A stretch of 64,000 bases of DNA. Origin: an uncultured Anaerolineales bacterium (GTDB lineage Bacteria; Chloroflexota; Anaerolineae; Anaerolineales; UBA11858). The position numbers and the translations under genes are program-made. Location: assembly GCA_964627755.1 (NCBI GenBank), contig CAZVIH010000064.1, forward strand, positions 29,383 through 93,382. The letters are read 5' to 3'. Position 1 is the stretch's first letter; the number at the start of each line of letters is the position of its first letter. The notes under the pieces were generated by a model. That model searched no databases. It was not told the origin of the DNA and worked only from the letters and a program-made list of their open reading frames with translations. This document shows positions 9,949 through 19,173 of this stretch, piece after piece.

Positions 9949-11082
9949 ATGAACAATAACTCTTCAATACACTTCCCGAGCTCATACGAGGAATCCAGGA
10001 CTTACTTTCGGGCTCAGCTGGAGAAAATAAAAAAAAACTGGCCCTCAACTATACTCGAAAATCATTCCATTTCGGATCGAGAAGGTTTGACAATCGATTG
10101 GATCACTGCCCAGCCGATCAATCAAAATAAGAATTTGGTCTTGATAACAACAGGTCTGCACGGCGTGGAGGGTTTTGTAGGCGTTGCCATGCTGGATTTA
10201 TTCATCAAGGAATATATTCCATTACTGGATCCTCAAATAACAGGGATCCAGCTAGTTCATGCCATCAATCCCTGGGGTATGGCAAACACAAGGCGGGTCA
10301 ACAGGAATAATGTGGACCTGAACCGCAACTTTATGGAAAGGCAGGAAATTTTCCTGGATGAATTCAACCCTGATTATATAAATCTTGAAGGGACTCTTAA
10401 CCCTGTCCATCCCCTAAAAGCTCTCTGGATAGAAGAAATCGGGTTCTTAAAGAATGTGATTGTCAACCTGTCCCGCTATGGCGTTCAAAGTATGAGGGGG
10501 GCAGTTATGTTAGGCCAGCAAAGCAACCCGGCCGGTTTGTATTTTTCTGGAAGAAAATTCCAACCGGAAACAATCTTCATGAAAAAAATGATTATCCAGA
10601 GTTTATCGTCTTATGATTCTGTTCTGCATATCGATATGCATACAGGTTATGGACCCAGTTCTCAGATGACGATAGTAAATTCTCCAGCAGAATCAAGGAA
10701 ATCAGATCAACTCATTAATGATTTCCAGTATCCCCGCATTTTACAGGCTGATCCGGAACAGTTTTACAGTATGCAGGGTGATATGGTGGATTGGGTCTAC
10801 CGATTGAAAGAAATTGATTTTCCAAAAGTCAAACATTTTGGAACGGCTTTTGAGTTCGGGACTTATGGTGAAGGCATCCTGAAAGAGATCAAGAGCTTGA
10901 GAACGATGATCTATGAAAATCAGATTGTCCAGCATGGTTCATCATCCGCGGAGCTGCAAGCATATATGAGGAAAGAGTTCCTGGAAATGTATTTCCCACG
11001 CTCAAGCCGCTGGCGGGAGAAGGCGATCCTGGATTGCAAGCAGGCATTTTCAGGAGTGTTATCAGCTGAAGGTTATATATAA
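9949..11082 (+). CDS. DUF2817 / M14-type zinc carboxypeptidase-like hydrolase
   Basis: HGVE (HxxE), NRNNVDLNRN and IDMHTG zinc/substrate motifs. Confidence 0.8.
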   Translation: MNNNSSIHFPSSYEESRTYFRAQLEKIKKNWPSTILENHSISDREGLTIDWITAQPINQNKNLVLITTGLHGVEGFVGVAMLDLFIKEYIPLLDPQITGIQLVHAINPWGMANTRRVNRNNVDLNRNFMERQEIFLDEFNPDYINLEGTLNPVHPLKALWIEEIGFLKNVIVNLSRYGVQSMRGAVMLGQQSNPAGLYFSGRKFQPETIFMKKMIIQSLSSYDSVLHIDMHTGYGPSSQMTIVNSPAESRKSDQLINDFQYPRILQADPEQFYSMQGDMVDWVYRLKEIDFPKVKHFGTAFEFGTYGEGILKEIKSLRTMIYENQIVQHGSSSAELQAYMRKEFLEMYFPRSSRWREKAILDCKQAFSGVLSAEGYI

Positions 11083-11168
11083 CAAGCACTTGGATGAACG
11101 ATCTGACCGATAGAAACTTGATCGGCCCCAGGATTGATTGTTTTGTACATTTAAAGTGGATCGGGTTT

Positions 11169-12152
11169 TTATCTGATCCCCTGATTCCTGAACCATTTTA
11201 GGCTATCCCGCACTGTTTCCTCGAGAAATCTTGATTTCAGATTCAGTTCTTTTTGGGCTTTTTCTGCGTTGTAACCCTGCCAGTGTTTATAAGCCCTGAC
11301 ATGGTCATGAACAACGGGAATAAATGGTAGGGTGTCACCTGCTTTGATATAGGCATCGATCAACCAGGTTGGAAGAGTCCCCCGCGGTGGTTTCACATCA
11401 GCAATCTCTGCGATGATTGCGGCAGCTTCCTGGATGGGGTAGTTGCTTCCTCCCAGAATATACCGCTGGCCCCTTTTACCAATCCTGGCCGCGTTGATGT
11501 GGGCTTCGGCGGCATCACGCACGTCTACAATGTTCAGCACACCGGGTGGGACAAATTTGGCTTGACCGCGAGTAAACATTAACAGGATCTCACCTGTGCT
11601 GAGATGGACATCCCCGGGGCCCAAGACCAGGGTAGGGTTGAGGATCACGATATCATACCCAACTCCTGAAGCTTCCAGTGCCAGATTCTCCATGGCCGCT
11701 TTCATTTCATGGTAGCCATTATCCGGTAGGCTGCCAGGGATATAAAAATCCCTTTCATCTGCCAGTCGAGGTTCATTTTTTTGGGGGGAGCCAATGGTCG
11801 TTAAGCTGCTGGTATAGATCAGTCGTTTAACACGGGCTTCCCGTATGGCCCGAATCACATTTTTCATTTGATCTGTAGCTGATTTAACATGTTCCTGGAC
11901 ACGGGCTGGATTGCCGACCCCTGGATAGCTGGCGGCAGCGTGAAATACATAGTCCATGCCAGACATTGCTTTTAATAGTGAGGGATAATCTTCCAGGCTG
12001 CCGTTAAACCATTTGATCTCCTGATTTTGCAGATGACCTATGCTGTCCGGATTTCTCCGGAAACCATGGACTCTCCAACCAACAGCCTGTGCTTTTTTGG
12101 CAATATGGCCACCTATAAAACCAGTAGCACCGAGGACCAGGACATCGTACAT
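11169..12152 (-). CDS. NAD-dependent epimerase/dehydratase (dihydroflavonol reductase/HpnA-like SDR)
   Basis: GATGFIG, YTSS, YHEMK (YxxxK), VDVRDAAEAH. Confidence 0.85.
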   Translation of the reverse strand: MYDVLVLGATGFIGGHIAKKAQAVGWRVHGFRRNPDSIGHLQNQEIKWFNGSLEDYPSLLKAMSGMDYVFHAAASYPGVGNPARVQEHVKSATDQMKNVIRAIREARVKRLIYTSSLTTIGSPQKNEPRLADERDFYIPGSLPDNGYHEMKAAMENLALEASGVGYDIVILNPTLVLGPGDVHLSTGEILLMFTRGQAKFVPPGVLNIVDVRDAAEAHINAARIGKRGQRYILGGSNYPIQEAAAIIAEIADVKPPRGTLPTWLIDAYIKAGDTLPFIPVVHDHVRAYKHWQGYNAEKAQKELNLKSRFLEETVRDSLKWFRNQGIR

Positions 12153-12155
12153 AGA

Positions 12156-12578
12156 TCAGGTTCCTTTTTTCCTTTTGATGGGATCACTTCGGATCAAGAC
12201 AGCTTCATCGGGATAATCCAGCAATTTAGTTGCTTCCTCAATTGTCAACCAGCGGACCTCATCGACTTCACCGTTCATCTTCTCAGGATCCTCTGTTATA
12301 ACATCCATATGCCAGAAAAGGACTATTTTAGGCTTTCCATTCAGCAGATAGGAGATGCTTCCAGCATAATTCTGTAGTTTTCCGAGGTATCCAGTCTCTT
12401 CAAGAACTTCCCGCTGGGCTGCTTTTTTCCAGCTTTCCCCGGGGTTTACTTTTCCTTTAGGGAGAGACCAATCGTTGTGTTTATGACGGTGGACAACAGC
12501 AAGTTTCTTCTCTGTGCCATCTTCCTTCCAAATGATTCCCCCCGCTGCCTGGATCACAGATTTTTTAATTTTTGCCAA
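12156..12578 (-). CDS. NUDIX hydrolase
   Basis: Nudix box GKVNPGESWKKAAQREVLEETG; TTG start with GGAG RBS. Confidence 0.9.
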   Translation of the reverse strand: MAKIKKSVIQAAGGIIWKEDGTEKKLAVVHRHKHNDWSLPKGKVNPGESWKKAAQREVLEETGYLGKLQNYAGSISYLLNGKPKIVLFWHMDVITEDPEKMNGEVDEVRWLTIEEATKLLDYPDEAVLIRSDPIKRKKGT

Positions 12579-12693
12579 TGTTTAACTCCAAGATTAGACT
12601 GATACCAAACGTGGTTAATTTTATCACAGGGGATCTGATGGATCATCTATTTAAACAACCGGTTGGCGGGAAATTATCTTGGATGTAGATTTT

Positions 12694-13815
12694 TTACATC
12701 CAGGGTTCAATTGTTTCCTGTTCTCGCTGTATGATCACCCTTTGTTCAGCATTGGAGAAATATTGTCGGATGGCTCTTAGTGATATCTTAAAACCTAATG
12801 CAGAGCTCCACTCCAGAACTTGAAGCAGTTCTTGTAGTCCCTTTTGCATGCCAAGGCCTGTGGCGACGCCAAAGCGATAAGTGAGTAAATATGGATTTTC
12901 ATTTTGCAGATAAAACAGGATAGATTTTATAGCTTCAATCAACTGTTCTGTTGGAGGATCTGTGCTGAGGCTCTGTAAGGGTGACGCTGGAAGTTCAAGA
13001 TTGATGAAAAAGATTTCCAGTAGGTGGGGTAAAAGGAAAAATTTACCGAGTTCGGAGCTGTGCTCTGGTTGGAGTCCAGGCGGGAGGTCAACTTGGTTTC
13101 CTGCCAGATCTATCACCGAGATTTCCAGATTAAAACTCTCTTCAGAAATATCCATCTGGAGAGGAGCGTCTTCCTGGGGTACAAGTTGGTAAACAGTTTT
13201 CATAATCTCAGCGGAATGATTCTTATAATAGGTTTTCTTGGCTATTCCATCAGGCATAGAAGCTGGTTCCAGTATCTTGCCAATATACATTTTCAAATAG
13301 GGGCGTTTGAATTTCAATCCGGCGCTCATAGCTCCAGAAGTGTCATTAAAACCAATTGGCAGGATCGGTGCTCCTGACCGATAGCTCAACCACGATATAC
13401 CAGGCAGGGCCCTCTGTTTGCCCACATCCCAAACACCACCTTCAGGGAATATTCCGACCATACCCTCCTGATTAAGGACATCCAATGCCTTTTGTAAAGA
13501 ACCCCGGTTATAGGATCCCCGTTTTACAGGGATAGATCCGTAGATGGAATTGATGATCTCAGTTATTCTCTCTGTAGGTGTATCGGCGGCGCTAAGCATC
13601 TCGATCTGGCGGGGAGCATAGGCGTTAAGCAGGACAACTTCCATGGCGCCGGTGTGATTGCCTACAACCAGGAGAGGACCATTGCGGGGAAAATTCTCTA
13701 ATCCCACAACTTCAATCCGGAATAGAAGCTTTAACACCGCTCTGAAGGTCCACTTGGTCAAAAAACGTAATATCCTCCTGCGGGGATAATTCAGTATCCT
13801 TTTATCTTTTGACAT
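12694..13815 (-). CDS. Lysophospholipid acyltransferase (PlsC-like) with C-terminal extension
   Basis: NHTGAME (HX4D variant) and IFPEGG motifs. Confidence 0.8.
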   Translation of the reverse strand: MSKDKRILNYPRRRILRFLTKWTFRAVLKLLFRIEVVGLENFPRNGPLLVVGNHTGAMEVVLLNAYAPRQIEMLSAADTPTERITEIINSIYGSIPVKRGSYNRGSLQKALDVLNQEGMVGIFPEGGVWDVGKQRALPGISWLSYRSGAPILPIGFNDTSGAMSAGLKFKRPYLKMYIGKILEPASMPDGIAKKTYYKNHSAEIMKTVYQLVPQEDAPLQMDISEESFNLEISVIDLAGNQVDLPPGLQPEHSSELGKFFLLPHLLEIFFINLELPASPLQSLSTDPPTEQLIEAIKSILFYLQNENPYLLTYRFGVATGLGMQKGLQELLQVLEWSSALGFKISLRAIRQYFSNAEQRVIIQREQETIEPWM

Positions 13816-13876
13816 ATTGGGTTCCGAATTCCATTTGAACCAGCATTTTCAATTTGGTGAAAAAAAAGATTCCTAA

Positions 13877-14626
13877 TTAAACCGGTCTCACGTTAGAGAG
13901 TTCAGCTGATGCTTCCTGATCAATGTACCAGAACAGATTTCCTTGATCCGGGTCGATCAGTTGGGAAGGATATTGTTCGGGAAGAGCTGGTCCTTCCAGA
14001 ACGAGTTTTAATATCCTGGCTTTGTTCTGGCCGCTGACCAGGAAAAGTATATTTTGGGCAGCATTGATCAGACGGGGAGTGAATGTGATCCGCCAGGCAT
14101 CCAATTTTGGGACCCAATTAGCCTCCACCAGGCGATTTTGATCAACTAGCTCTCCTTTCACCAATTCAGTTTCCGGGAAGAGTGAGGCCGTGTGTCCGTC
14201 GTTTCCCATGCCGAGCAGGATCAGGTCAAAGGAGGGATTTTTTTGCTGAAACCAGGATAGGATCTCTTCCTGGTACTTCCAGGCAGCTTCAGCAGGTGGC
14301 AGTTCTGCCCTAATGCGGTGGATGTTCTCTTCCGGGATTGCTCCGGGTAAAAGCAGAGATCGATTCACCTGGTCGAAGTTACTGTCTGGATGATCGGGCG
14401 GAACACAGCGTTCATCTCCCCAGAAAAAATGGACTTTGTTCCAATCCAGTTCATCTGTCTTCTGATCTGCCAGGTTTTCATAGAGGGGTATAGGAGTACT
14501 CCCGCCGGATAGGGCAACAGAAAATTGACCTCTATCCCGGATCGCTGCTGATCCAGTCGAGATAAATAAATCAGCTGCTGAGTTGATTATTTCTTCTTGA
14601 GATTTATAGACCAGGATTTTTTTCAT
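13877..14626 (-). CDS. pgl: 6-phosphogluconolactonase
   Basis: ALSGGSTP, FWGDERCVPPDHPDSNF, LGMGNDGHTASLFP. Confidence 0.95.
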   Translation of the reverse strand: MKKILVYKSQEEIINSAADLFISTGSAAIRDRGQFSVALSGGSTPIPLYENLADQKTDELDWNKVHFFWGDERCVPPDHPDSNFDQVNRSLLLPGAIPEENIHRIRAELPPAEAAWKYQEEILSWFQQKNPSFDLILLGMGNDGHTASLFPETELVKGELVDQNRLVEANWVPKLDAWRITFTPRLINAAQNILFLVSGQNKARILKLVLEGPALPEQYPSQLIDPDQGNLFWYIDQEASAELSNVRPV

Positions 14627-14766
14627 TTAGGCAAGCTGGATGATGGACAGGATTCCTTATAAGTATACCTGATGGATGTTTTTTTCCCTCGATAACTGGA
14701 AATCAGGCTTGTTTTGCCTGTGATATACTTTCACAAGATGAGTAACCTATAAGGGTTAAAAGTGTT

Positions 14767-15333
14767 ATGAGTAGTATTACAGATTCTGATCATGAGCTGA
14801 AAACTGAAAGTGAACTGATCTCCCTTGCTTGTGAGGGTGATTCAGATGCTTTTGGAGCCCTTTATGAGAAGTATATAGATCAGATTTATAATTATATATA
14901 TTTTAGGACCAGCAATGTTAAAGATGCAGAGGATATTTGCTCCAGGGTTTTCATGAGAGCTCTGCATCACATTGAAAGATACGAGGATCGGGGATATCCG
15001 TTTTCTGCCTGGTTATATCGAATAGCCCATAACCTGGTGGTTAACTGGTACAGAGACAGGGAACGGTCGGATGAGATTTCCCTGGCAGATCAGTATCCTC
15101 CACCAACGATGAATGGACGCGTGGAGGACCGGATCGAAAAGGAAGACGAAACAGGTATGCTGCTGGCCATCATTCAGGGATTGCCAGAGGATCGAAAAGA
15201 ACTTTTAATCCTGAAGCATGTAGAAGGATTAACGAATACTGAAATTGGTCAAATCATGGATCGGACAGAAGGAGCTATCAAAGCCCTTTATCACCGGACC
15301 CTGGAATCGCTCAGGGATGATTACGATCTTTAG
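14767..15333 (+). CDS. ECF sigma-70 family RNA polymerase sigma factor
   Basis: DAEDI, FSAWLYRIAHN (region 2) and EIGQIMDRTEGAIKALYHR (region 4 HTH). Confidence 0.92.
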   Translation: MSSITDSDHELKTESELISLACEGDSDAFGALYEKYIDQIYNYIYFRTSNVKDAEDICSRVFMRALHHIERYEDRGYPFSAWLYRIAHNLVVNWYRDRERSDEISLADQYPPPTMNGRVEDRIEKEDETGMLLAIIQGLPEDRKELLILKHVEGLTNTEIGQIMDRTEGAIKALYHRTLESLRDDYDL

Positions 15334-15342
15334 GATGAATCT

Positions 15343-16200
15343 ATGCTTCGAATAGTGATGGATAGCGCCGGTGATCTGCCGGTAGAATGGATCAAACAGT
15401 ATCAAATTGACGTGATACCGATCAACGTCCATCTGGGAGACGAGGTTTTCCTGGAGGATGTTGACCTGACCATTGATCAGTTTTACGACTGGGTCAAGCT
15501 AACGGGCAAGGTGCCGAAAACATCCCAGCCATCTCCCCAGCAGTACATTAACTTCTACAGGGAGATTGCCCGTCCGGGAGATGTGGTGTTATCGATCCAT
15601 CTGACAAGCAAATTGTCTGGCACTTATGAATCCGCAGTTTTGGCAGCCAGGGAATTGGAGAATGATCCCTTTAAGGTCATCCCCTTTGATACTCTGTCAG
15701 GTACTGGCATCCAGGGTTATATGTGCCGAGAAGCCCGGGAAATGGACCGTCAGGGTAAATCAGTAGAACAGATCCTGGAACGACTGGATCAGATCAGAGA
15801 CAATACCCAGGTGATCTTTACTGTTGATTCCCTGAATTTTGCCCAAAAAAGCGGTCGGGTTCAGATGCTTGAGTCAATTCTGGCATCGATCCTTAATATC
15901 AAACCGATCATAACTCTGAAAGAAGGGACCCTGGTAGCTGCTGATAAAGTACGGACCCGGAAGGCTTCTCTGGATTTTATCCTTAAGGAAATGTCCCAGA
16001 GAATGGCTGGAAAATTAATCAATGCAGCTATCATACATGCCAATGACCTGGCAACAGCACTTGAAATATCAGAGAAAGTGGAGAAATTATTGAATGTAAA
16101 AGAACTGTTTATAGAAGAATTATCAGTTGCGATTGCAACACACCTCGGACCGGGAACGGTCGGGATTGTTGCTTATCCAGTAGAGGAAGGGATAAGTTAA
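15343..16200 (+). CDS. DegV family fatty-acid-binding protein
   Basis: DSAGDL, KTSQPS, SKLSGTYESA, LNIKPII, THLGPG. Confidence 0.93.
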   Translation: MLRIVMDSAGDLPVEWIKQYQIDVIPINVHLGDEVFLEDVDLTIDQFYDWVKLTGKVPKTSQPSPQQYINFYREIARPGDVVLSIHLTSKLSGTYESAVLAARELENDPFKVIPFDTLSGTGIQGYMCREAREMDRQGKSVEQILERLDQIRDNTQVIFTVDSLNFAQKSGRVQMLESILASILNIKPIITLKEGTLVAADKVRTRKASLDFILKEMSQRMAGKLINAAIIHANDLATALEISEKVEKLLNVKELFIEELSVAIATHLGPGTVGIVAYPVEEGIS

Positions 16201-16202
16201 GA

Positions 16203-16511
16203 ATGGAGAAAAGTATGAAAATGACGAAGGATTTACTGAGGATTGAAAGCCGGCTGAAAGATGTTTTAAGCCCAGTCACACCACGAGCGGATTTTGTGGT
16301 TGAGCTTCAAAACAAGCTGGACCAGGAAATGGGAAAAAGGATCAAGACCAAGAAGGTCCAAACCGGATTATTGGTTGCTGGCGGGATCGTCAGTTTAGCA
16401 GTAATGGTTATCACCGTCATCCGCTCCCTGACTGCCTGGCCTAGCATCATTCAGTCAATTTCCAAGAATCTGCCAAAACTGCGAAAACGACAGCAGGCAG
16501 TTTCAGTCTAA
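16203..16511 (+). CDS. Small single-TM hypothetical protein (possible anti-sigma-like)
   Basis: PVTPRADFVVELQNKL soluble N-terminus and one TM helix; starts 2 nt after degV. Confidence 0.65.
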   Translation: MEKSMKMTKDLLRIESRLKDVLSPVTPRADFVVELQNKLDQEMGKRIKTKKVQTGLLVAGGIVSLAVMVITVIRSLTAWPSIIQSISKNLPKLRKRQQAVSV

Positions 16512-16541
16512 TATCCAGTCAATTTGCCAATAACAACTTTG

Positions 16542-16575
16542 GAAACGGCATCGTTATCTGATGCCGTTTCTTTTT
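16542..16575 (+). terminator. Intrinsic terminator
   Basis: GAAACGGCATC-loop-GATGCCGTTTC followed by TTTTT. Confidence 0.8.
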
Positions 16576-16637
16576 ATGTATGTAATGTAATAATAAGATA
16601 AATCATTTGTTATACCGCAAGGCCACAGATTATTTCG

Positions 16638-16646
16638 TGCTACAAT
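16638..16646 (+). promoter_or_regulatory. Extended -10 promoter for a probably leaderless transcript
   Basis: TGcTACAAT 6 nt before ATG 16653; no Shine-Dalgarno sequence. Confidence 0.5.
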
Positions 16647-16652
16647 TTTTTT

Positions 16653-17297
16653 ATGAAAGAAGCTTATTTTCAGCCAGATACCCTTCAATCTCTTTCCAGT
16701 CAGTGGCTGGAAAAATATGGTAGGTCTAAAACAGCTTTGAGACAACCATTCAAGATCCAGAATGCCTGTCTTTTAATCCTGGATATGCAAAGATATTTTC
16801 TGGATGAAAACTCTCATGCCTGGGTTCCAAGCGCTGAAGCGATTATTCCTGGTTTGAAAAAAACAGCTGTGTATTTCCGGAAAGCGGGCAGACCGGTTAT
16901 TGCTACTCAACATATCAACACTGCCGAAAATGCCGGGATGATGGGATCCTGGTGGTCAGAGTTGATCCAGGAAGATGATCCTCTGGTTGATATTGATCCT
17001 GATCTTGGAATTCAACCCCGGGAAATCTTACAGAAATCACAATATGATTCCTTTTTTGGATCCAAACTTGAATCCCGGCTTCTGGATCAGAATGTAAAGC
17101 AGGTTGTGATTGGTGGAGTGATGACCCATTTATGCTGTGACACAACTGCAAGAGCTGCTTTTGTACGGGGATTCGAGGTATTTTTCCTGGTAGATGGCAC
17201 TGCGACTTATAACCAGGATTTTCATCTGGCTTCACTCTATAATCTGGCGCATGGAGTTGCGGTATTGACTTCTACTAATCGGCTAATTGAGGGATGA
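16653..17297 (+). CDS. Isochorismatase-family cysteine hydrolase
   Basis: Triad Asp (ILDMQ), Lys (QKSQYDSF) and Cys (THLCCDTTAR). Confidence 0.9.
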   Translation: MKEAYFQPDTLQSLSSQWLEKYGRSKTALRQPFKIQNACLLILDMQRYFLDENSHAWVPSAEAIIPGLKKTAVYFRKAGRPVIATQHINTAENAGMMGSWWSELIQEDDPLVDIDPDLGIQPREILQKSQYDSFFGSKLESRLLDQNVKQVVIGGVMTHLCCDTTARAAFVRGFEVFFLVDGTATYNQDFHLASLYNLAHGVAVLTSTNRLIEG

Positions 17298-17308
17298 AAC
17301 ACAAGTAG

Positions 17309-18178
17309 ATGGATAAACTTCCAATAGTAATCATTGGGGCAGGCCCTGCAGGATTGGCAGCTGCCATGCAGCTCAAACGACAAGGGATCAATCCCTTGGT
17401 TTTTGAGCGCAAACAGGTTGGTGGGTTGCTGCTGAATGCCAATTTGGTGGAAAATTATCCCGGTTTTGTGAATGGCATCAAAGGAACAGATCTGGTATCC
17501 CTTTTTGAGGAACAGGCACAACGACTGGGTGTAGTGATAGAGCAGGAGGAAGTACTATCTGCCAGGTTTAACTCCAATTACTTTCGCATAGTCACAAATA
17601 AGAGAGAACTACAGGCCCAGATCCTGATCGCAGGAAGTGGTACAAAACCGATAAAATTGACCTGTTTTTTGGAACCAAAAAGGTTGGAAGAAAGGATCCA
17701 TTATGAAGTGTTCCCACTGATTGATGAGAGGAATAAAGAGATACTTATCATTGGAGCTGGAGACGCGGCTTTTGATTATGCGTTAAATCTCTCTCGCCTC
17801 AACAAGATCATCATCCTGAACAAGGGATCAAAGATCAAAGCCCTGCCGCTATTATTGGAACGGGTCCAGAGAAATTCAGCAATAAGTTACTTACCTGATA
17901 GCGAAGTAACTGGTATTTTAGAATCAAAAAACGGGCGCCTGTTGGTCATGGTAAAAAGAGATGGATTGGTTTTTGAATGTGATCATCTTCTAGCTGCGAT
18001 TGGCAGAGAGCCCGAGTATAGTTTTGCAGACACAAGTATAATTGAAGATATGGATCACCTCCTGAAGGATCAAAAAATATTTTTGGTTGGTGATCTCAAG
18101 AATGGATCTTTCAGACAGGCCACAATTGCAGTGGCGGATGGCATCCGGGCTGCTATGATTATCGATCGAATACTTTAG
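17309..18178 (+). CDS. NAD(P)/FAD-dependent oxidoreductase, thioredoxin-reductase fold lacking CxxC
   Basis: GAGPAG, VENYPGF, IGAGDAA, GD...QATIAVADG; the redox CxxC position reads RIHYEVFP. Confidence 0.85.
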   Translation: MDKLPIVIIGAGPAGLAAAMQLKRQGINPLVFERKQVGGLLLNANLVENYPGFVNGIKGTDLVSLFEEQAQRLGVVIEQEEVLSARFNSNYFRIVTNKRELQAQILIAGSGTKPIKLTCFLEPKRLEERIHYEVFPLIDERNKEILIIGAGDAAFDYALNLSRLNKIIILNKGSKIKALPLLLERVQRNSAISYLPDSEVTGILESKNGRLLVMVKRDGLVFECDHLLAAIGREPEYSFADTSIIEDMDHLLKDQKIFLVGDLKNGSFRQATIAVADGIRAAMIIDRIL

Positions 18179-18190
18179 AAAGGAAAACTA

Positions 18191-19147
18191 ATGAAAATTG
18201 TCGCTTCTGCTGGTAACCCGGAAGTAGCCATGGTTCACGTGGTGGAATTCCCCCATGGGTTGGTGGAATGTGTTGAAGCAATTCAACCCCCACGCTCCCG
18301 GGAAGAGAAATGGGTCTTGATGATCTCCACATTATTCGGCTGCCCAATCTCCTGCCAGATGTGTGACGCCGGCGGGCACTACAGGGGGAAACTGGATGAA
18401 GCCGAAATGTTCGCTCAAATCGAGTATCTTATTCAGCAGCGCTACCCGGATGGTTTTGTTCCATCAGAGCAATTTAAGATCCAGTTTGCGAGAATGGGTG
18501 AACCGGCCCTTAATCTGGCAGTAATTGAGCTGCTGGAAAATCTGCCCGGACGAATAAATGCCCCTGGTTTAATGCCGTCAGTATCCACCATTGCCCCTTA
18601 TGGCACAGATGTCTTTTTTGAAAAATTGATCGAAGTAAAGAATCAGGTATATCCTATCGGTCGATTCCAATTCCAGTTTTCGATCCATACGACCGATCCT
18701 GATCTGCGCGATCAGATCATTCCGGTTAAGAAATGGGATTTTGAGCGGATGGCTAAATACGGAGAGGATTACCATAGACCAGGAGATAGAAAGATCACAT
18801 TGAACTTCGCCCTGGCTGAGAATAGCCCAATAGAACCTGATGCTCTTCTGCGTTATTTTGACCCTGATAGATTCCTGATTAAGGTCACACCACTGAATCC
18901 GACCTATCAGGCCGAATCAACCGGCCTGACCTCCTTTGTCGATCCGCATGATAAGGAAGCGATCTATCCGGAACTAGAAAAGATCCGTGAAGCCGGATAC
19001 CAGGTGATAATCAGTATTGGTGAACAGGAAGAAAACCGGATAGGTTCAAATTGTGGACAGTACGTTCAGAAACATATCCTGGAAAGCGGTGGGCTGACAG
19101 AAGGATATACTTACCAGGTGACCCAGCCGGTTTCTAATCTGGAATAA
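18191..19147 (+). CDS. RlmN/Cfr-related radical SAM protein, N-terminally truncated
   Basis: CPISCQMC, RMGEP, QFSIH and C-terminal SNCGQ. Confidence 0.85.
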   Translation: MKIVASAGNPEVAMVHVVEFPHGLVECVEAIQPPRSREEKWVLMISTLFGCPISCQMCDAGGHYRGKLDEAEMFAQIEYLIQQRYPDGFVPSEQFKIQFARMGEPALNLAVIELLENLPGRINAPGLMPSVSTIAPYGTDVFFEKLIEVKNQVYPIGRFQFQFSIHTTDPDLRDQIIPVKKWDFERMAKYGEDYHRPGDRKITLNFALAENSPIEPDALLRYFDPDRFLIKVTPLNPTYQAESTGLTSFVDPHDKEAIYPELEKIREAGYQVIISIGEQEENRIGSNCGQYVQKHILESGGLTEGYTYQVTQPVSNLE

Positions 19148-19173
19148 AAGGTTGTATTCGAAGGATTGTCTGA

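Noticed and set aside
14719-14735. TGTGA-N7-TCACA palindrome between pgl and the ECF sigma gene
   Set aside because: The spacer is one base longer than the Rex/CRP N6 geometry, so it cannot be assigned.
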